A stretch of DNA of 64,000 nucleotides from the sequence record ON529857.1. One strand, 5' to 3'. This document shows, in pieces, positions 36,268-46,047 of the stretch. The translations under genes and the position numbers were made by a program. The stretch's first letter is position 1, and each line of letters begins with the position of its first letter. A model generated the notes under the pieces. It saw nothing but the letters and a program-made list of their open reading frames with translations. It was not told where the DNA came from and did not search any database.

Positions 36268-36669
36268 GGGGTGTCTCCCGTTGTCTATGCCCCTCTTATA
36301 GAAGGCGGCTTGCAAGAGTGTCAACCCCTCTTTTTCAAAAATCTTCGCGGGCGACGGGCTGGGCGTTAACCTTAACGGATTCCCGCCCGAGGTTAACCTT
36401 AACGAAAAACGCCCAAGTGTTAACCACCTTTTCGCTTGCTCTGTCGGCGCGTTCCGCTAGTCTGGATGATGGAATCTCGCCCCTTGACCGGGGCGCGCAT
36501 CGCTGGCGCCTGCCTGCGATCCATGGTCTTTGACATCCCGCGCCCGGCGCGGGGTTACGCGCTCGCCTGCCCGTCGCCGGGTCGGGTCCGCCGTCGCTCG
36601 CCTCGCCTCGCGGGCGGCCGGGCGGCGCCGACCGCATGGCGGGAGGGAGCGCCAGGACGAAACCCGGAA

Positions 36670-36820
36670 GGGTCAAGTCCGAGGCCGTCGAATCGAAATG
36701 ACGTCAAGTCAAATCGAAACGGCGTCAAGTCAAGTCAAACTCAAATCGCGTCAAGTCAAGTTCGCCGGCGTCAAACTGAAACGGCGTCAGGTCAAGTCAC
36801 GTTTCGTCAAATCGAAACCG
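36670..36820. repeat. CGTCAAGTCAA short-repeat cluster 2
   Basis: About 7 copies (36702, 36723, 36749, 36769, 36785, 36805) separated by AATCG/AAAC linkers; non-coding. Confidence 0.85.
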
Positions 36821-36853
36821 GGCTTAAATGTGGCGAAGTGAGGGCGAGCGCCC

Positions 36854-36928
36854 TCACTTGAACATCATGACGACGAAGCAGGCCAGGAGGAGTTTCCAGG
36901 CGCTGAAGAGAGAATCGAGGGCTTTCAT
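36854..36928 (-). CDS. 24-aa hydrophobic micropeptide (paralog of 54980-55054)
   Basis: MKALDSLFSAWKLLLACFVVMMFK. Confidence 0.55.
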   Translation of the reverse strand: MKALDSLFSAWKLLLACFVVMMFK

Positions 36929-36944
36929 AGGGTTACGCTTTCTC

Positions 36945-37075
36945 TTGCAGTCACGAAGTTCTGGATTCGTGACAGGGGGTTTTGGGGGCGTGAGTCATGA
37001 TTCAAGGGATTCGTGACTCGTTTGGAGCGGCGGCCGGCCCGGTTTTCGTGACTCGGGCCGGAATTTCGTGACTCA
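36945..37075. repeat. TTCGTGACTC / GTCACGAA repeat cluster rich in GANTC
   Basis: 7 GANTC sites between 36964 and 37074. Confidence 0.75.
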
Positions 37076-38017
37076 GTCCTCGTCGCCGGGGTCGAACGGG
37101 TCGGCCCATTGGGTGGTGACGGTCAGCATCCCTTCATGCCCGTAGAACTCATAAGAGTGGCCCGGCTTGAGGTCGAAGCTGGGGAAGGCGTCGATCTGCT
37201 TGATCAGGTCGGCGGAACCGGCGACGTGCGCGGCGATAGCGGCGTCTTGTGCGAACAGGCGGCGCAGGATCGCCTGCACCTGCTCGGGCGTGTCGGCGTA
37301 ACGCGGCGAGACCGCCGGGGATTCGCGGTGGATGCGGTAGCGACGCGCGCGGACCTTGATCTCGAACGGGCCAGCCCAGGCGCGCACTTCCGCCGGGGCG
37401 GCGGCGGCGTCGGACAGGGCGTCGAACGCCGTCAGGTCATGAGTCGCCACCGCGTCTTGAAACTCCGCGCGGGTGACGGGATAGGTCCAGCGGGCGTCGT
37501 CCACGTCCATGGCGTGGTCCATAATCATGGCCTGACCGGTGAAGATCGCCAGATAGGGGGCGGCTTCGTTGTTCAGCTCGGGCGGGTCGCGGTCCATCCA
37601 GAAGCGATAGAGGGCCGCCCAGGCGCGCGCTCTGTCGCGATCTCCCGTGTCCGGCTCGCAGGCCTCTTGCAAGGCCTCAATCGCCTGCGTGCGATCCGGC
37701 TGGTCGGCGTCCAGCTGGTCGCGCTGATGGGCGTCATAGGACAGCAGCACCGCGCAGGTGAAGCGGGCGTCCCACTCGCCGGCCGGGCCTGCCGCCAACG
37801 ACTCGCGCACCTCGGGATGCGTGATGTGGGAAAATTCGGAAGGGTCCCCGGCGGTGAATTCGGAAGGGTCCCCGGCCGAAAATTGCGAAGGGTCCCCGGC
37901 GTTGATTTCAGCAGGGTCCCCCGACTCGATTCGGTCGGCCTCCCTCGTCAGCGTAGCGGCCTGCGCCAACAGGGTGGCGGCGGCGGCGCGCATGACGGCG
38001 GCGGATGTCAGTCTCAT
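37073..38017 (-). CDS. Cassette hypothetical protein with N-terminal AGDPSEF repeats
   Basis: 314 aa; four 24-bp GGGTCCCC units at 37842-37920 are read in frame. Confidence 0.7.
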   Translation of the reverse strand: MRLTSAAVMRAAAATLLAQAATLTREADRIESGDPAEINAGDPSQFSAGDPSEFTAGDPSEFSHITHPEVRESLAAGPAGEWDARFTCAVLLSYDAHQRDQLDADQPDRTQAIEALQEACEPDTGDRDRARAWAALYRFWMDRDPPELNNEAAPYLAIFTGQAMIMDHAMDVDDARWTYPVTRAEFQDAVATHDLTAFDALSDAAAAPAEVRAWAGPFEIKVRARRYRIHRESPAVSPRYADTPEQVQAILRRLFAQDAAIAAHVAGSADLIKQIDAFPSFDLKPGHSYEFYGHEGMLTVTTQWADPFDPGDED

Positions 38018-38156
38018 GGGCGGGTCTCCGTGTTCTCGATGCCGGCACCGTAAAGGGCGCCCACTGGAGTGTCAACCTCTTTTCTTCAGAGAAGTCTGCG
38101 GCGAGCGTTAACCCTAATGAGTTGTTAAGGTTAATGTAAACCGGTCGCAAAAGAAA

Positions 38157-38216
38157 GCGCCCGCCGGGGGAGACAGACCCGGCGGGCGCGACTGACGGGG
38201 AGACAGGCCGTCAGTC
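38157..38216 (-). terminator. Double hairpin/terminator with UGUCUCC loops (family of 6 loci)
   Basis: Two stems, each with loop TGTCTCC on the - strand, then TTTCTTTT; also at 39373-39434, 40320-40382, 46522, 48224, 51663. Confidence 0.8.
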
Positions 38217-38633
38217 TATCAGGTAGCGCCCCAGACCGGCGGTCGGCACCTCGGCGCCGTCGCGGTAGGCGACAGACCCCAGCATCCCGAAGACGGCGTT
38301 ACGGTCGCCCCGGTCGTATTCGGCGGCCTCGAACCGGCGCAGGATCGTCGGTTGGGCGGCGAAGCGGACATTGCGCGCATAGGGGTCGAGGTGCTTGTCC
38401 TGACCGGTGAAGAGGAACCATCCCCGTTCATGGGTGCCGCCGCCCAGCCAGCGGCGCTTGCGGCTGATGTGGATTTCGCGGTCGCCGTTGCCCGCCGTCA
38501 CCCAGACGGTGCGGCCCGGCAGGGCCAGCGACAGTTCCCGCAAGGCTTCGTGCATCATGTCGCAAGTCAGGTCGAACAGCGCGTCCTCGGCGTCCTCGAC
38601 CGCCTTCAGGGCTTGGGTGAAAACGTCGCTCAT
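38211..38633 (-). CDS. Hypothetical protein
   Basis: Coupled second gene. Confidence 0.65.
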   Translation of the reverse strand: MSDVFTQALKAVEDAEDALFDLTCDMMHEALRELSLALPGRTVWVTAGNGDREIHISRKRRWLGGGTHERGWFLFTGQDKHLDPYARNVRFAAQPTILRRFEAAEYDRGDRNAVFGMLGSVAYRDGAEVPTAGLGRYLID

Positions 38634-39250
38634 GCCTTGGAGGCCTCAATGAGGGCCTGTTGCGCCTTCAGCGGCATACGATCCCAATCCTCGCTGGACA
38701 GGTCATAGGCCGCCATGGCGCGCTCGGCGTCGTCATACTCCGCCTCGATCTCCTCATTACGGCGAAGCTGAATGGCGGCGCGGCGCGCTTCGTCCGCGAG
38801 ATTATCCAGCAGATATTTCAGGTCCACGTCCAGAACCCCGTTGCCGCGCAGCCAGGCGACGACGCGATCAAAGGCGGCGATCTCGCCTTGAGCCTCTTGC
38901 GGCGTCAGGTCGTCCAGCCGGGCGTCGTGGTTGAGGGCCGATTCGTTCACCATCCAGACCAGAGCCTCCAGCAGGGCGTCGTCCGCCAGCATGGTGGGGC
39001 GCATCAGGGTCCGGCCGTCCGCCTGCTCAACGTCGAAGGTCGAGACGCCGGCTTGCAGGTAGTCGGTGAACTCCGGCATGACCGTCCAGCCGCCGTCCGA
39101 CAGGTGGGTTTCGTGCGCGATGGAGGCCAGGGCCTTGTCGCGGGCTTCCTGCGGCGTCTCGGCCTCGACGGCGATGGTCTTGCAGGCGGTCAGGTGGGCA
39201 TAGGCCGTCACCAGATAGTTGATCCGAACGGAACTGCGGGCGGTGGTCAT
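38630..39250 (-). CDS. Cassette hypothetical protein
   Basis: Consensus RBS; IAVEAETPQEA. Confidence 0.75.
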   Translation of the reverse strand: MTTARSSVRINYLVTAYAHLTACKTIAVEAETPQEARDKALASIAHETHLSDGGWTVMPEFTDYLQAGVSTFDVEQADGRTLMRPTMLADDALLEALVWMVNESALNHDARLDDLTPQEAQGEIAAFDRVVAWLRGNGVLDVDLKYLLDNLADEARRAAIQLRRNEEIEAEYDDAERAMAAYDLSSEDWDRMPLKAQQALIEASKA

Positions 39251-39430
39251 GGGGTGTCTCCCGTTGCTGTTGCGTTCGTTCTAGGTCGCCGATTGTGAGG
39301 TGTCAACCGTTTTTCTACAGAAAATAGCGCACCGGTTTCTGTTAAGGTTAATGCGAACCGAACGCAAAGAAAACGCCCGGCCGGGGGAGACAATCCCGGC
39401 CGGGCGTGGGGCTGACGGGGAGACAGGCCG

Positions 39431-40198
39431 TCAGTCGGGGTCGCCGTAACGCTCGCCGCAGCGGCCGCAGGTCGTATCGCGGTGCAGGCGGCCCGGCTCG
39501 CCGATCCAGTCGTGCAGGCCCGCCTGACAGTCGGCGTCGAAGGCGATGGGGGTCAGTTCGTCGGCGAAGGCGTCTTCCTCCTCTCCGCCCGGCAGACGCA
39601 CCCGATACATGGCTCCGACTTCGGGGTCGCATTCGTCATCACCCAGAGGGCGCACGATCTCGACGCGGGTTCCGGGGGCGACCGTCGCATCCGAAGCGGT
39701 CGAGGCGAACAGGGCGATTTCGTCACGCATGAACACGTCAGCCGTAACGCTGTCGATCACGCTGTATGCCCCGTTGAACAGACGGTCAGGGTCAATCATC
39801 ATATGACCCGACCCTAAGAAAGCCTCGGCGGCTTCCACCGTGGCGAAGCGGGCGACGAAGGTTTCAGCCTCGCCGGGCGTCGGCTCGGGGTTCTGGAGCG
39901 TCACCAGCACCGGCAGGACAGACAGGCGTTCCGGCGTCGTGTAGCCATCGCCCAGGTCCATGATGGCCTCGGCGCTCGAATCCTCGATCTCGCAGCCCTC
40001 CAGCGAGCCGGGGTCGAGCAGGTGGCGCAGGCAGCCCGAAACGTCAGGGTTGGCGCGCGATCCCAGGAAGTCCGCGTATTCCGCCGGCTCCGCGTTGGGG
40101 TTGGCGTCGAGGTAGGCCGCCACGGCGGCGGCGTGCAGAGCACGCGGATCAAAGACCTTGAGGCTGATCGTCACGTCATAGGCGATGCGGCTGGACAT
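39431..40198 (-). CDS. Cassette hypothetical protein (multi-domain, C-terminal Cys motif)
   Basis: Consensus RBS; GTRVEIVRPL...YRVRLPGG; TCGRCG. Confidence 0.75.
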   Translation of the reverse strand: MSSRIAYDVTISLKVFDPRALHAAAVAAYLDANPNAEPAEYADFLGSRANPDVSGCLRHLLDPGSLEGCEIEDSSAEAIMDLGDGYTTPERLSVLPVLVTLQNPEPTPGEAETFVARFATVEAAEAFLGSGHMMIDPDRLFNGAYSVIDSVTADVFMRDEIALFASTASDATVAPGTRVEIVRPLGDDECDPEVGAMYRVRLPGGEEEDAFADELTPIAFDADCQAGLHDWIGEPGRLHRDTTCGRCGERYGDPD

Positions 40199-40377
40199 AG
40201 GGTGTCTCCCGTTGGTGTTGAGACCGTTCTAAGGCGGCGGTTGTGGGGTGTCAACCGCTTTTTCACAGAAAAGTTCTGGAGGGGCGCGTTAAGGTTAATG
40301 CGAACCGGACGCAAAGAAAACGCCCGGCCGGGGGAGACAAGCCCGGCCGGGCGTGGGGCTGACGGGGAGACAGACCG

Positions 40378-41016
40378 TCAGCTTAGGGGTGCGGAGCCGT
40401 CCCAGCCCTCCGGCTGCGTGAACGGATCATCCAAGGCGCGCACCAGGACGGCGGCCTCGTCTTCGGTGATCTCGTCCGCGTTCAGGCGGTTGCAAATCAC
40501 CTCGATCTGCTCCTGAGCGTGGGCGCTGATGACGGCGGCCTGCACGAAGTCGTCTTCCGGCTCGCCGCTGGCGTCAATGCGGTAGAGGCCGACGTGTTCG
40601 TTATCGTCGGTGCAGACGTGCCAGTCGTAGCGCAGGCGGGCGGGCAGTTCGTCTTCGGCCTCGGCCTTCCAGTTCTGCAAGCCGTTGACGGCGCCGGCGA
40701 GGTCGCCGCTCGACCAGTTGTCCACGACGGCTTGAGCGGCCTGGGCGCCCTCGCTGACCAGATTCAGCAGGTGCGCCGCCTGAGCGGTGGTCAGGACGAT
40801 CAGCTTTTCGCCCCGGCCCATCGCCGCCTCGATCAGTTCGCAGGCGGTGGCGTCCTTCGGCGGCTCGGGCGGCAGAACCTTCAAGGCGTTCTGCACGTCG
40901 TTGAAGAGTTCTTCGTAATCGTCCAGCTCGGGCGGGACTTGGTTCTCCCGCATGGCGTTGTCGCGGGCGTTGGTGGTGAGCTGCAAGGACAGCAGGGCGT
41001 AATAGAGGGTGTTCAT
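40378..41016 (-). CDS. Cassette acidic hypothetical protein
   Basis: Start MNTLYY after consensus RBS. Confidence 0.75.
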   Translation of the reverse strand: MNTLYYALLSLQLTTNARDNAMRENQVPPELDDYEELFNDVQNALKVLPPEPPKDATACELIEAAMGRGEKLIVLTTAQAAHLLNLVSEGAQAAQAVVDNWSSGDLAGAVNGLQNWKAEAEDELPARLRYDWHVCTDDNEHVGLYRIDASGEPEDDFVQAAVISAHAQEQIEVICNRLNADEITEDEAAVLVRALDDPFTQPEGWDGSAPLS

Positions 41017-41161
41017 CGGGTGTCTCCGTGTTCGTGTTGAGACCGTTCTAGGGCGCCCGCTGTTCGGTGTCAACTACTTTTTCGTAGAAATATTCCGCCA
41101 GCCTCATTAACCTTAACGCAAGCGGGTCGCAAAAACGCCCGGCCGAAGCCGGGCGTTCGCC

Positions 41162-41911
41162 TTAACCCTTGAGCGGGGGCAGGTAGTCGAGATCGACCAT
41201 CGGCGGCTCGCCGTCCTTGCCGCTCTTGGCGGCTTGCAGGATGGATTCCATCAGGGTTTGGGTCGCCGTGCCGTCGCGCAGGCGGGCCGCCGTCGGGGAC
41301 GATTCGACCTTTTCCGCATAGACGCCGGACGCAGCCTTCACCGCTTCCAGGCAAGCCTGCATCGCCGTTTGCGCGGTGCGGTGCGCTTCCGCCGCCGCCT
41401 CTTGCAACGCGGTCTTATAGGCGCCTTGGCCTTCCTCCGACATCTGCATCAGTCGCTCGCTTTCCTTCAGCATCCGCGCCGCTTCATGGGCGGTAAGGGC
41501 GATGGCGTTGGGAAGTTCGTCGGCCGCCTTAGCGTAGAGCGTCAACAGACGCGCCGCCTCAACAGCGTCATCGGCATAGACGGCGCCGGCGTCCGACCAG
41601 TTGTTCGCCAGCACCGCCAGGGCGGCCTGAGCGGCGTAGTGCGGCAGGGTCGAGCCGCTTTCGAGGTCTTCCAGGCGCTGGGCCAGCCGCAGGGTCAGCG
41701 GATCGGTGTTCTGCGCCAGGGCCAGGGTCATGAACTCCGGCTGGACCTGAAACTCCGTGACGGAACCGTCGTCGTCTTCGTGCGTCAGGCCCTCGGCGCT
41801 CATGTAATGCTGCACGGCGAACTCCAGCGAGCGGCGCACATGGGCAGGGTCCACAGCGCCGCCTTCGACTTGCAGGGTGACGATGTAATTGATGGTGACG
41901 GGTGCGGTCAT
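41162..41911 (-). CDS. Cassette hypothetical protein
   Basis: Consensus promoter and RBS. Confidence 0.75.
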   Translation of the reverse strand: MTAPVTINYIVTLQVEGGAVDPAHVRRSLEFAVQHYMSAEGLTHEDDDGSVTEFQVQPEFMTLALAQNTDPLTLRLAQRLEDLESGSTLPHYAAQAALAVLANNWSDAGAVYADDAVEAARLLTLYAKAADELPNAIALTAHEAARMLKESERLMQMSEEGQGAYKTALQEAAAEAHRTAQTAMQACLEAVKAASGVYAEKVESSPTAARLRDGTATQTLMESILQAAKSGKDGEPPMVDLDYLPPLKG

Positions 41912-42050
41912 CGGGTGTCTCCGGTGGTTGATCTGTCTCCCTTCTAGGCCGCCCGGTGTAAGGTGTCAACCACTTTTCTACAGAAAACTTCTCGTTAAGG
42001 TTAACGTGGGCGGGGCGCAAAAACGCCCGGCCGAAGCCGGGCGTTCAGGG

Positions 42051-43016
42051 TCAGGCGGGGATGTTGGAGAAGTCGGGGCTGTCGCCGTCCTGCGGCGTCA
42101 CCTCGATCCACGACATGCGTTCCATGTAGCGCTTGACGGAGCCGGACGGCAGGCCGTTGAGGATGTAGAGCAGGGCGAGGCGTTTAGCCGCTTCGCTGGC
42201 GCGGGCGCTGATCCGGGTGCAGTAGGAGGAATCCTCCACATACTCCCAGGCGCCGTCCGCCCCCTTGCGCTCGACCGAGACCCGCATCAGGGGTTCATCA
42301 CCCGGATCGGTCTGGTCATAGTCTCCGTCCGCCCCTTCCCCGATGTATTCCAGCATCACCGCGTCGTCGCCGTTTTCTTCGCGCAGTTCGGGCGCGTCGA
42401 ACGGCTCCGCTGAGCCGGGCACATCAGGCAGGAACTCCGAAGCGGCGGCCGCCCAATCTTCCAGAATGGTCGAGGCTTCAACCATGGACGTTCCCGCCTG
42501 CCGGGCGTCGGTCAGCGCCTGGATCGACTCGACCGCCGATTCGACAGCCCTCAGCAGCGGGCGCGTCAGAGGGTCCGTCACCAGGGCGTCGGCCGCGTCA
42601 TCGTGCGACAGGCGTTGGATCGGCCCCGCCGTTCCAGCGCGATAGAGATAGACGGCGCGGCCTTGATGACCGAATCCGTAGGCGTTCCAATGCGCGCCGA
42701 CCACCTCGGCCGCCGCGCCGTGATCGCCATACACCAGCGTATCCGCCACGACGGCGCCGGAAGGGTCCGCCGCGACGACGCGATACGCCGGCAGGGTGAC
42801 GGTCTGCAAGTCGAACTCATAGTCGATGTCTTCCTCGCCTATCCAGTTGCTGATGGCGGCGGTGTCAGCCCCCACGTCTTCGGGCAGGCCGTAGGCTTGC
42901 AGTTCGCGCACCACGTCCGCCAGGGCGGCGGCTTCGGACGGGAAGAATTGAGCGCCCATGCCGTATTTGTTACGGGTGATGAGCAGGACGGTCGGGGCGA
43001 GGCTAGGCAGGGTCAT
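42051..43016 (-). CDS. Cassette acidic hypothetical protein, 321 aa
   Basis: Consensus promoter and RBS; EYIGEGADGDY...DSSYCT. Confidence 0.8.
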   Translation of the reverse strand: MTLPSLAPTVLLITRNKYGMGAQFFPSEAAALADVVRELQAYGLPEDVGADTAAISNWIGEEDIDYEFDLQTVTLPAYRVVAADPSGAVVADTLVYGDHGAAAEVVGAHWNAYGFGHQGRAVYLYRAGTAGPIQRLSHDDAADALVTDPLTRPLLRAVESAVESIQALTDARQAGTSMVEASTILEDWAAAASEFLPDVPGSAEPFDAPELREENGDDAVMLEYIGEGADGDYDQTDPGDEPLMRVSVERKGADGAWEYVEDSSYCTRISARASEAAKRLALLYILNGLPSGSVKRYMERMSWIEVTPQDGDSPDFSNIPA

Positions 43017-43135
43017 CGGGTGTCTCCGGTGGTTGTTCTGCCTCTCTTCTAGGCCGGACGGCGTAGAGTGTCAACAGCTTTTCTTTAGAAAACTTCTCGT
43101 TAAGGTTAACGAGAACGGTTCGCAGAAAAGCCGGG

Positions 43136-43243
43136 TCAAGCGACCCGGCTCCACATCTGCTGCGCCAGCATGAAGAGATAGTAGAGGATGACGCCCGCCA
43201 GCATCAGCAGGGCCATCCCCAGGCGCGGCGCCCGCGCGGTCAT
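43136..43243 (-). CDS. Small membrane peptide, 35 aa
   Basis: MTARAPRLGMALLMLAGVILYYLFMLAQQMWSRVA; ATGA coupling. Confidence 0.5.
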   Translation of the reverse strand: MTARAPRLGMALLMLAGVILYYLFMLAQQMWSRVA

Positions 43244-43794
43244 GCGCCGTCCGCTTCGTCTTCGTCGTCGTCTTCCGACGCCAGCCTGCCGTCATAGGCC
43301 AGAAGGTCGCCAATCGCCTCGTTGCCGCGTTCCGACAGAATGTCGTCCAGACGGCGGCGGTTGTTGACCAGCCAGTCGGCGGCTTCCTCTTCGGTGCCGT
43401 CGAAGCGGTCGATCACGTCTTCAACGGTGAAGACGGTCGGAGCGGCGCCGGCGAGACGGATGGCCTCGGTCAGGTCATAGACGCTGATCGCAACGTCGAT
43501 GGCGTAGATGTGACCGTTGAAGCCGATTCGCTCTTCGGCGAACAGCACGATCTCGACGTCGGACAGGTCGTCCAGGGTCTTGATCTCGTCCAGCGGCTTT
43601 TGCGTGTGGATGTCGTAGTCTTCCAGCCCGCTTTGCAGCGACGTGGCGTCGGTATAGCGGCCCGCCATCCAGTCGCGCGCCTGCTGCGCCTTGGCGTCCT
43701 CGGCCTCGACTTCGGAGGCGTAGGGGGCGCCGTCCGGCTCGTAGCCGTTGGCGGTGACGGCCAGTTGATAGAGTTTGAGTTTCGCGGTCTGCAT
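43240..43794 (-). CDS. Cassette acidic hypothetical protein
   Basis: Start MQTAKLK after consensus RBS. Confidence 0.75.
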   Translation of the reverse strand: MQTAKLKLYQLAVTANGYEPDGAPYASEVEAEDAKAQQARDWMAGRYTDATSLQSGLEDYDIHTQKPLDEIKTLDDLSDVEIVLFAEERIGFNGHIYAIDVAISVYDLTEAIRLAGAAPTVFTVEDVIDRFDGTEEEAADWLVNNRRRLDDILSERGNEAIGDLLAYDGRLASEDDDEDEADGA

Positions 43795-43931
43795 GGGGTG
43801 TCTCCCGTTGTTGGTCATCCCCTTCTAGGCCGCGCGGTCTTTTGTGTCAACTTCTTTTCTACAGAAAACTTTTCGTTAAGGTTAATGCGAGCGGATCGCA
43901 AAACGCCCGACCGAAGCCGGGCGTCTGCGGG

Positions 43932-44405
43932 TCAGTAGGGGCGGGCGGCCTCGGGTTCGTCGTAGAGAATATCCAGATCATCGACCGAAACGACGACAGA
44001 CCCGCCGCAGTCAAGCGACACCTCCACGCGGGCGAACCCATCGGCGAAGGTGTCGGGCAAGATCGTGGTGATCTCGCCCCGGTCGGCATGGGTCGGCACG
44101 TCGCAGCGGTCGCCCGCATCCCAGCCCTTGGTCTCGTTCTCGTCCGCGTCGTCTTCGCCGTCGTCGATCAGGGATTCGACCTCGCGCAGGCCGTTGGCCC
44201 AGGCGGTGACGGCTTCGACGTTATCCCCCAGGACATGAACGCCCTGGCCCCACTGTTGATAGGAGCCTTCATAGTAGGAGGCGAAGACGCGCAGGTCGTC
44301 CCCCTGCCGGTCGCGGCGGATGAAGACGATGTCGGCGCCCTTGCCGACGCCTTCGGTCAGCTCTTCGACGGTCGGGGCGCGAAACTCGATCAGCTTGGTG
44401 GTCAT
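43932..44405 (-). CDS. Cassette hypothetical protein
   Basis: Start MTTKLIE; YQQWGQ...LGDNV. Confidence 0.75.
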   Translation of the reverse strand: MTTKLIEFRAPTVEELTEGVGKGADIVFIRRDRQGDDLRVFASYYEGSYQQWGQGVHVLGDNVEAVTAWANGLREVESLIDDGEDDADENETKGWDAGDRCDVPTHADRGEITTILPDTFADGFARVEVSLDCGGSVVVSVDDLDILYDEPEAARPY

Positions 44406-44542
44406 GGGGTGTCTCCCGTTGTTGGTCATCCCCTTCTAGGCCGGGCGTGGTGGTGTGTCAACCTCTTTTTGGTAGTTATTCATCCGTTAAGGTTAACACA
44501 AGGGGGGTTCGCAAAAAGCCGGGATTGCTCCCGGCCTTCGCC

Positions 44543-45214
44543 TCAGTGGGACAGGGCGGCGTAGAAGGTGTGATCCTGCGGAACCGCCACCGTGACAGAG
44601 CCGAACTCGATTTCGAGCGCCTTGCGGTCGGGCGTCAACCCGATGCCCGTCACGACCGCCAGATCATCATAGAAAAGCTGCGCAGCGGTCTCGACCTCGG
44701 CGTCCGGCGTGTCCAGGCGGTTCGCATATTCGTCGTTGGCGAGGTTGATCCGCATCCCCGTCATGACCGCGTAAGCCTTGACCGGGATCAGGCCCTGATC
44801 GACCGCCTCGCACATATCCATCATGGATTCGCCGACCCGCACCAGTTCGGCGACCGACAGGAAATTGGGGCGGTCCTCGCCTTCGATGTTCGAGACCCCT
44901 TCCAGATTCGCCAGCATGGCGCCGATGTCCCACATCGCGCCTTCCTCGGAGGCGACCACAGCCAGGGCGGCGGCCTTGGGGTCGCCCTCGACGCCGTTGG
45001 GGCCATAGCTGCGGCTGTTGGCGAAGTCCTCGTCGCCGGCCTCGTCCACCAGATAGCCGGTGATCTCCTCGGCGTCTTCGGCGGCCCTGGCCGCCAGGGC
45101 GGCGGCGCCGTCGAATTGGGCGGTCGCCTTGGCGATGGCCTCTTCATGCGAGGCGGCGGTCACTTCGACCGCGACGCGGGCGGTGAAATAGACGGTTACG
45201 CGGTGGGTGTTCAT
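44543..45214 (-). CDS. Cassette hypothetical protein
   Basis: Start MNTHRV; VEVTAASHEEAI. Confidence 0.75.
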   Translation of the reverse strand: MNTHRVTVYFTARVAVEVTAASHEEAIAKATAQFDGAAALAARAAEDAEEITGYLVDEAGDEDFANSRSYGPNGVEGDPKAAALAVVASEEGAMWDIGAMLANLEGVSNIEGEDRPNFLSVAELVRVGESMMDMCEAVDQGLIPVKAYAVMTGMRINLANDEYANRLDTPDAEVETAAQLFYDDLAVVTGIGLTPDRKALEIEFGSVTVAVPQDHTFYAALSH

Positions 45215-45352
45215 GGGCTGTCTCCCGTTGTTGGTCATCCCCTTCTAAGGCGGGGCGGGAGGGGTGTCAACCTCTTTTCTACAGCTATCTCGCTGTTAAG
45301 GTTAACGCAAGCGGTTCGCAAAACGCCCCGGCCGGAGCCGGGGCGCGCGTCT

Positions 45353-45667
45353 TCAGTAAGGCTCGGCGTTCCTGACGAAAATCACCGCCGAGGGCGAACC
45401 TTCCTCGTCCTCTTCGTCAGAGTCCATCATGTCGATCAGGTCGCGGGTGTCCTTGGCGTTCTGGCGGTGTTGCTCCGCCACCTTGTCCCAGTTGCGGCTC
45501 GGGTCGGCTTCGTGGGCGGCGTCGAACTGGGCGGCGTAATCGTCGTAACGTCCAGCAGCGATCACCAGAGCGTGGCGCATGGTGTTCCGCTGCTTATCCA
45601 CGAGGCGGTGGTGGGCGCCCTTGGCGATGATCAGGTCGCCGCGCGAAAAGGTGATGGGGTCTTGCAT
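45353..45667 (-). CDS. Cassette hypothetical protein
   Basis: Consensus promoter and RBS. Confidence 0.7.
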   Translation of the reverse strand: MQDPITFSRGDLIIAKGAHHRLVDKQRNTMRHALVIAAGRYDDYAAQFDAAHEADPSRNWDKVAEQHRQNAKDTRDLIDMMDSDEEDEEGSPSAVIFVRNAEPY

Positions 45668-45718
45668 GGGTGTCTCCCGTTGGTGATGCCCCCGTTATAG
45701 GCCGGGGCTGCGGGAGTG

Positions 45719-46045
45719 TCAACCACTCTTTTGCAGTTTTTCCTGTTCGTTGTAGTAGGTCAGCAGGGCCGCCGCATCCAAGGCGTTGCGGCGCGCCCCC
45801 TCGTCGTAGTTGCGCGACCACGACAGGCTGAACAGTTGGGAAACCAGTTGCTCCAGCGAGCCGTCCGCCGCCGGCGCCAGGCCGCCCTCATGGGCGCGCA
45901 GGACCGCTTCGGCTTCGGCCTGAACCGCTTCGGCGCGGGCCACCGCGTCGCAGTCGCGAGACCAGCCCGCGTCCAGCGTCAGAGTCGCGGTCACATCGTT
46001 CAGCGCCTGCGACAGGGCGCGGATCAGGGGCAGGGCGTCCTGCAT
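45719..46045 (-). CDS. Hypothetical protein
   Basis: GGAGGA RBS, second gene. Confidence 0.65.
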   Translation of the reverse strand: MQDALPLIRALSQALNDVTATLTLDAGWSRDCDAVARAEAVQAEAEAVLRAHEGGLAPAADGSLEQLVSQLFSLSWSRNYDEGARRNALDAAALLTYYNEQEKLQKSG

Positions 46046-46047
46046 GG

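Noticed and set aside
38157-38216. CsrB/RsmZ-like sponge (GGA in hairpin loops on the + strand)
   Set aside because: The U-tracts and all promoters show transcription of the - strand, where the loops read UGUCUCC; CsrA is also not typical of Caulobacterales.
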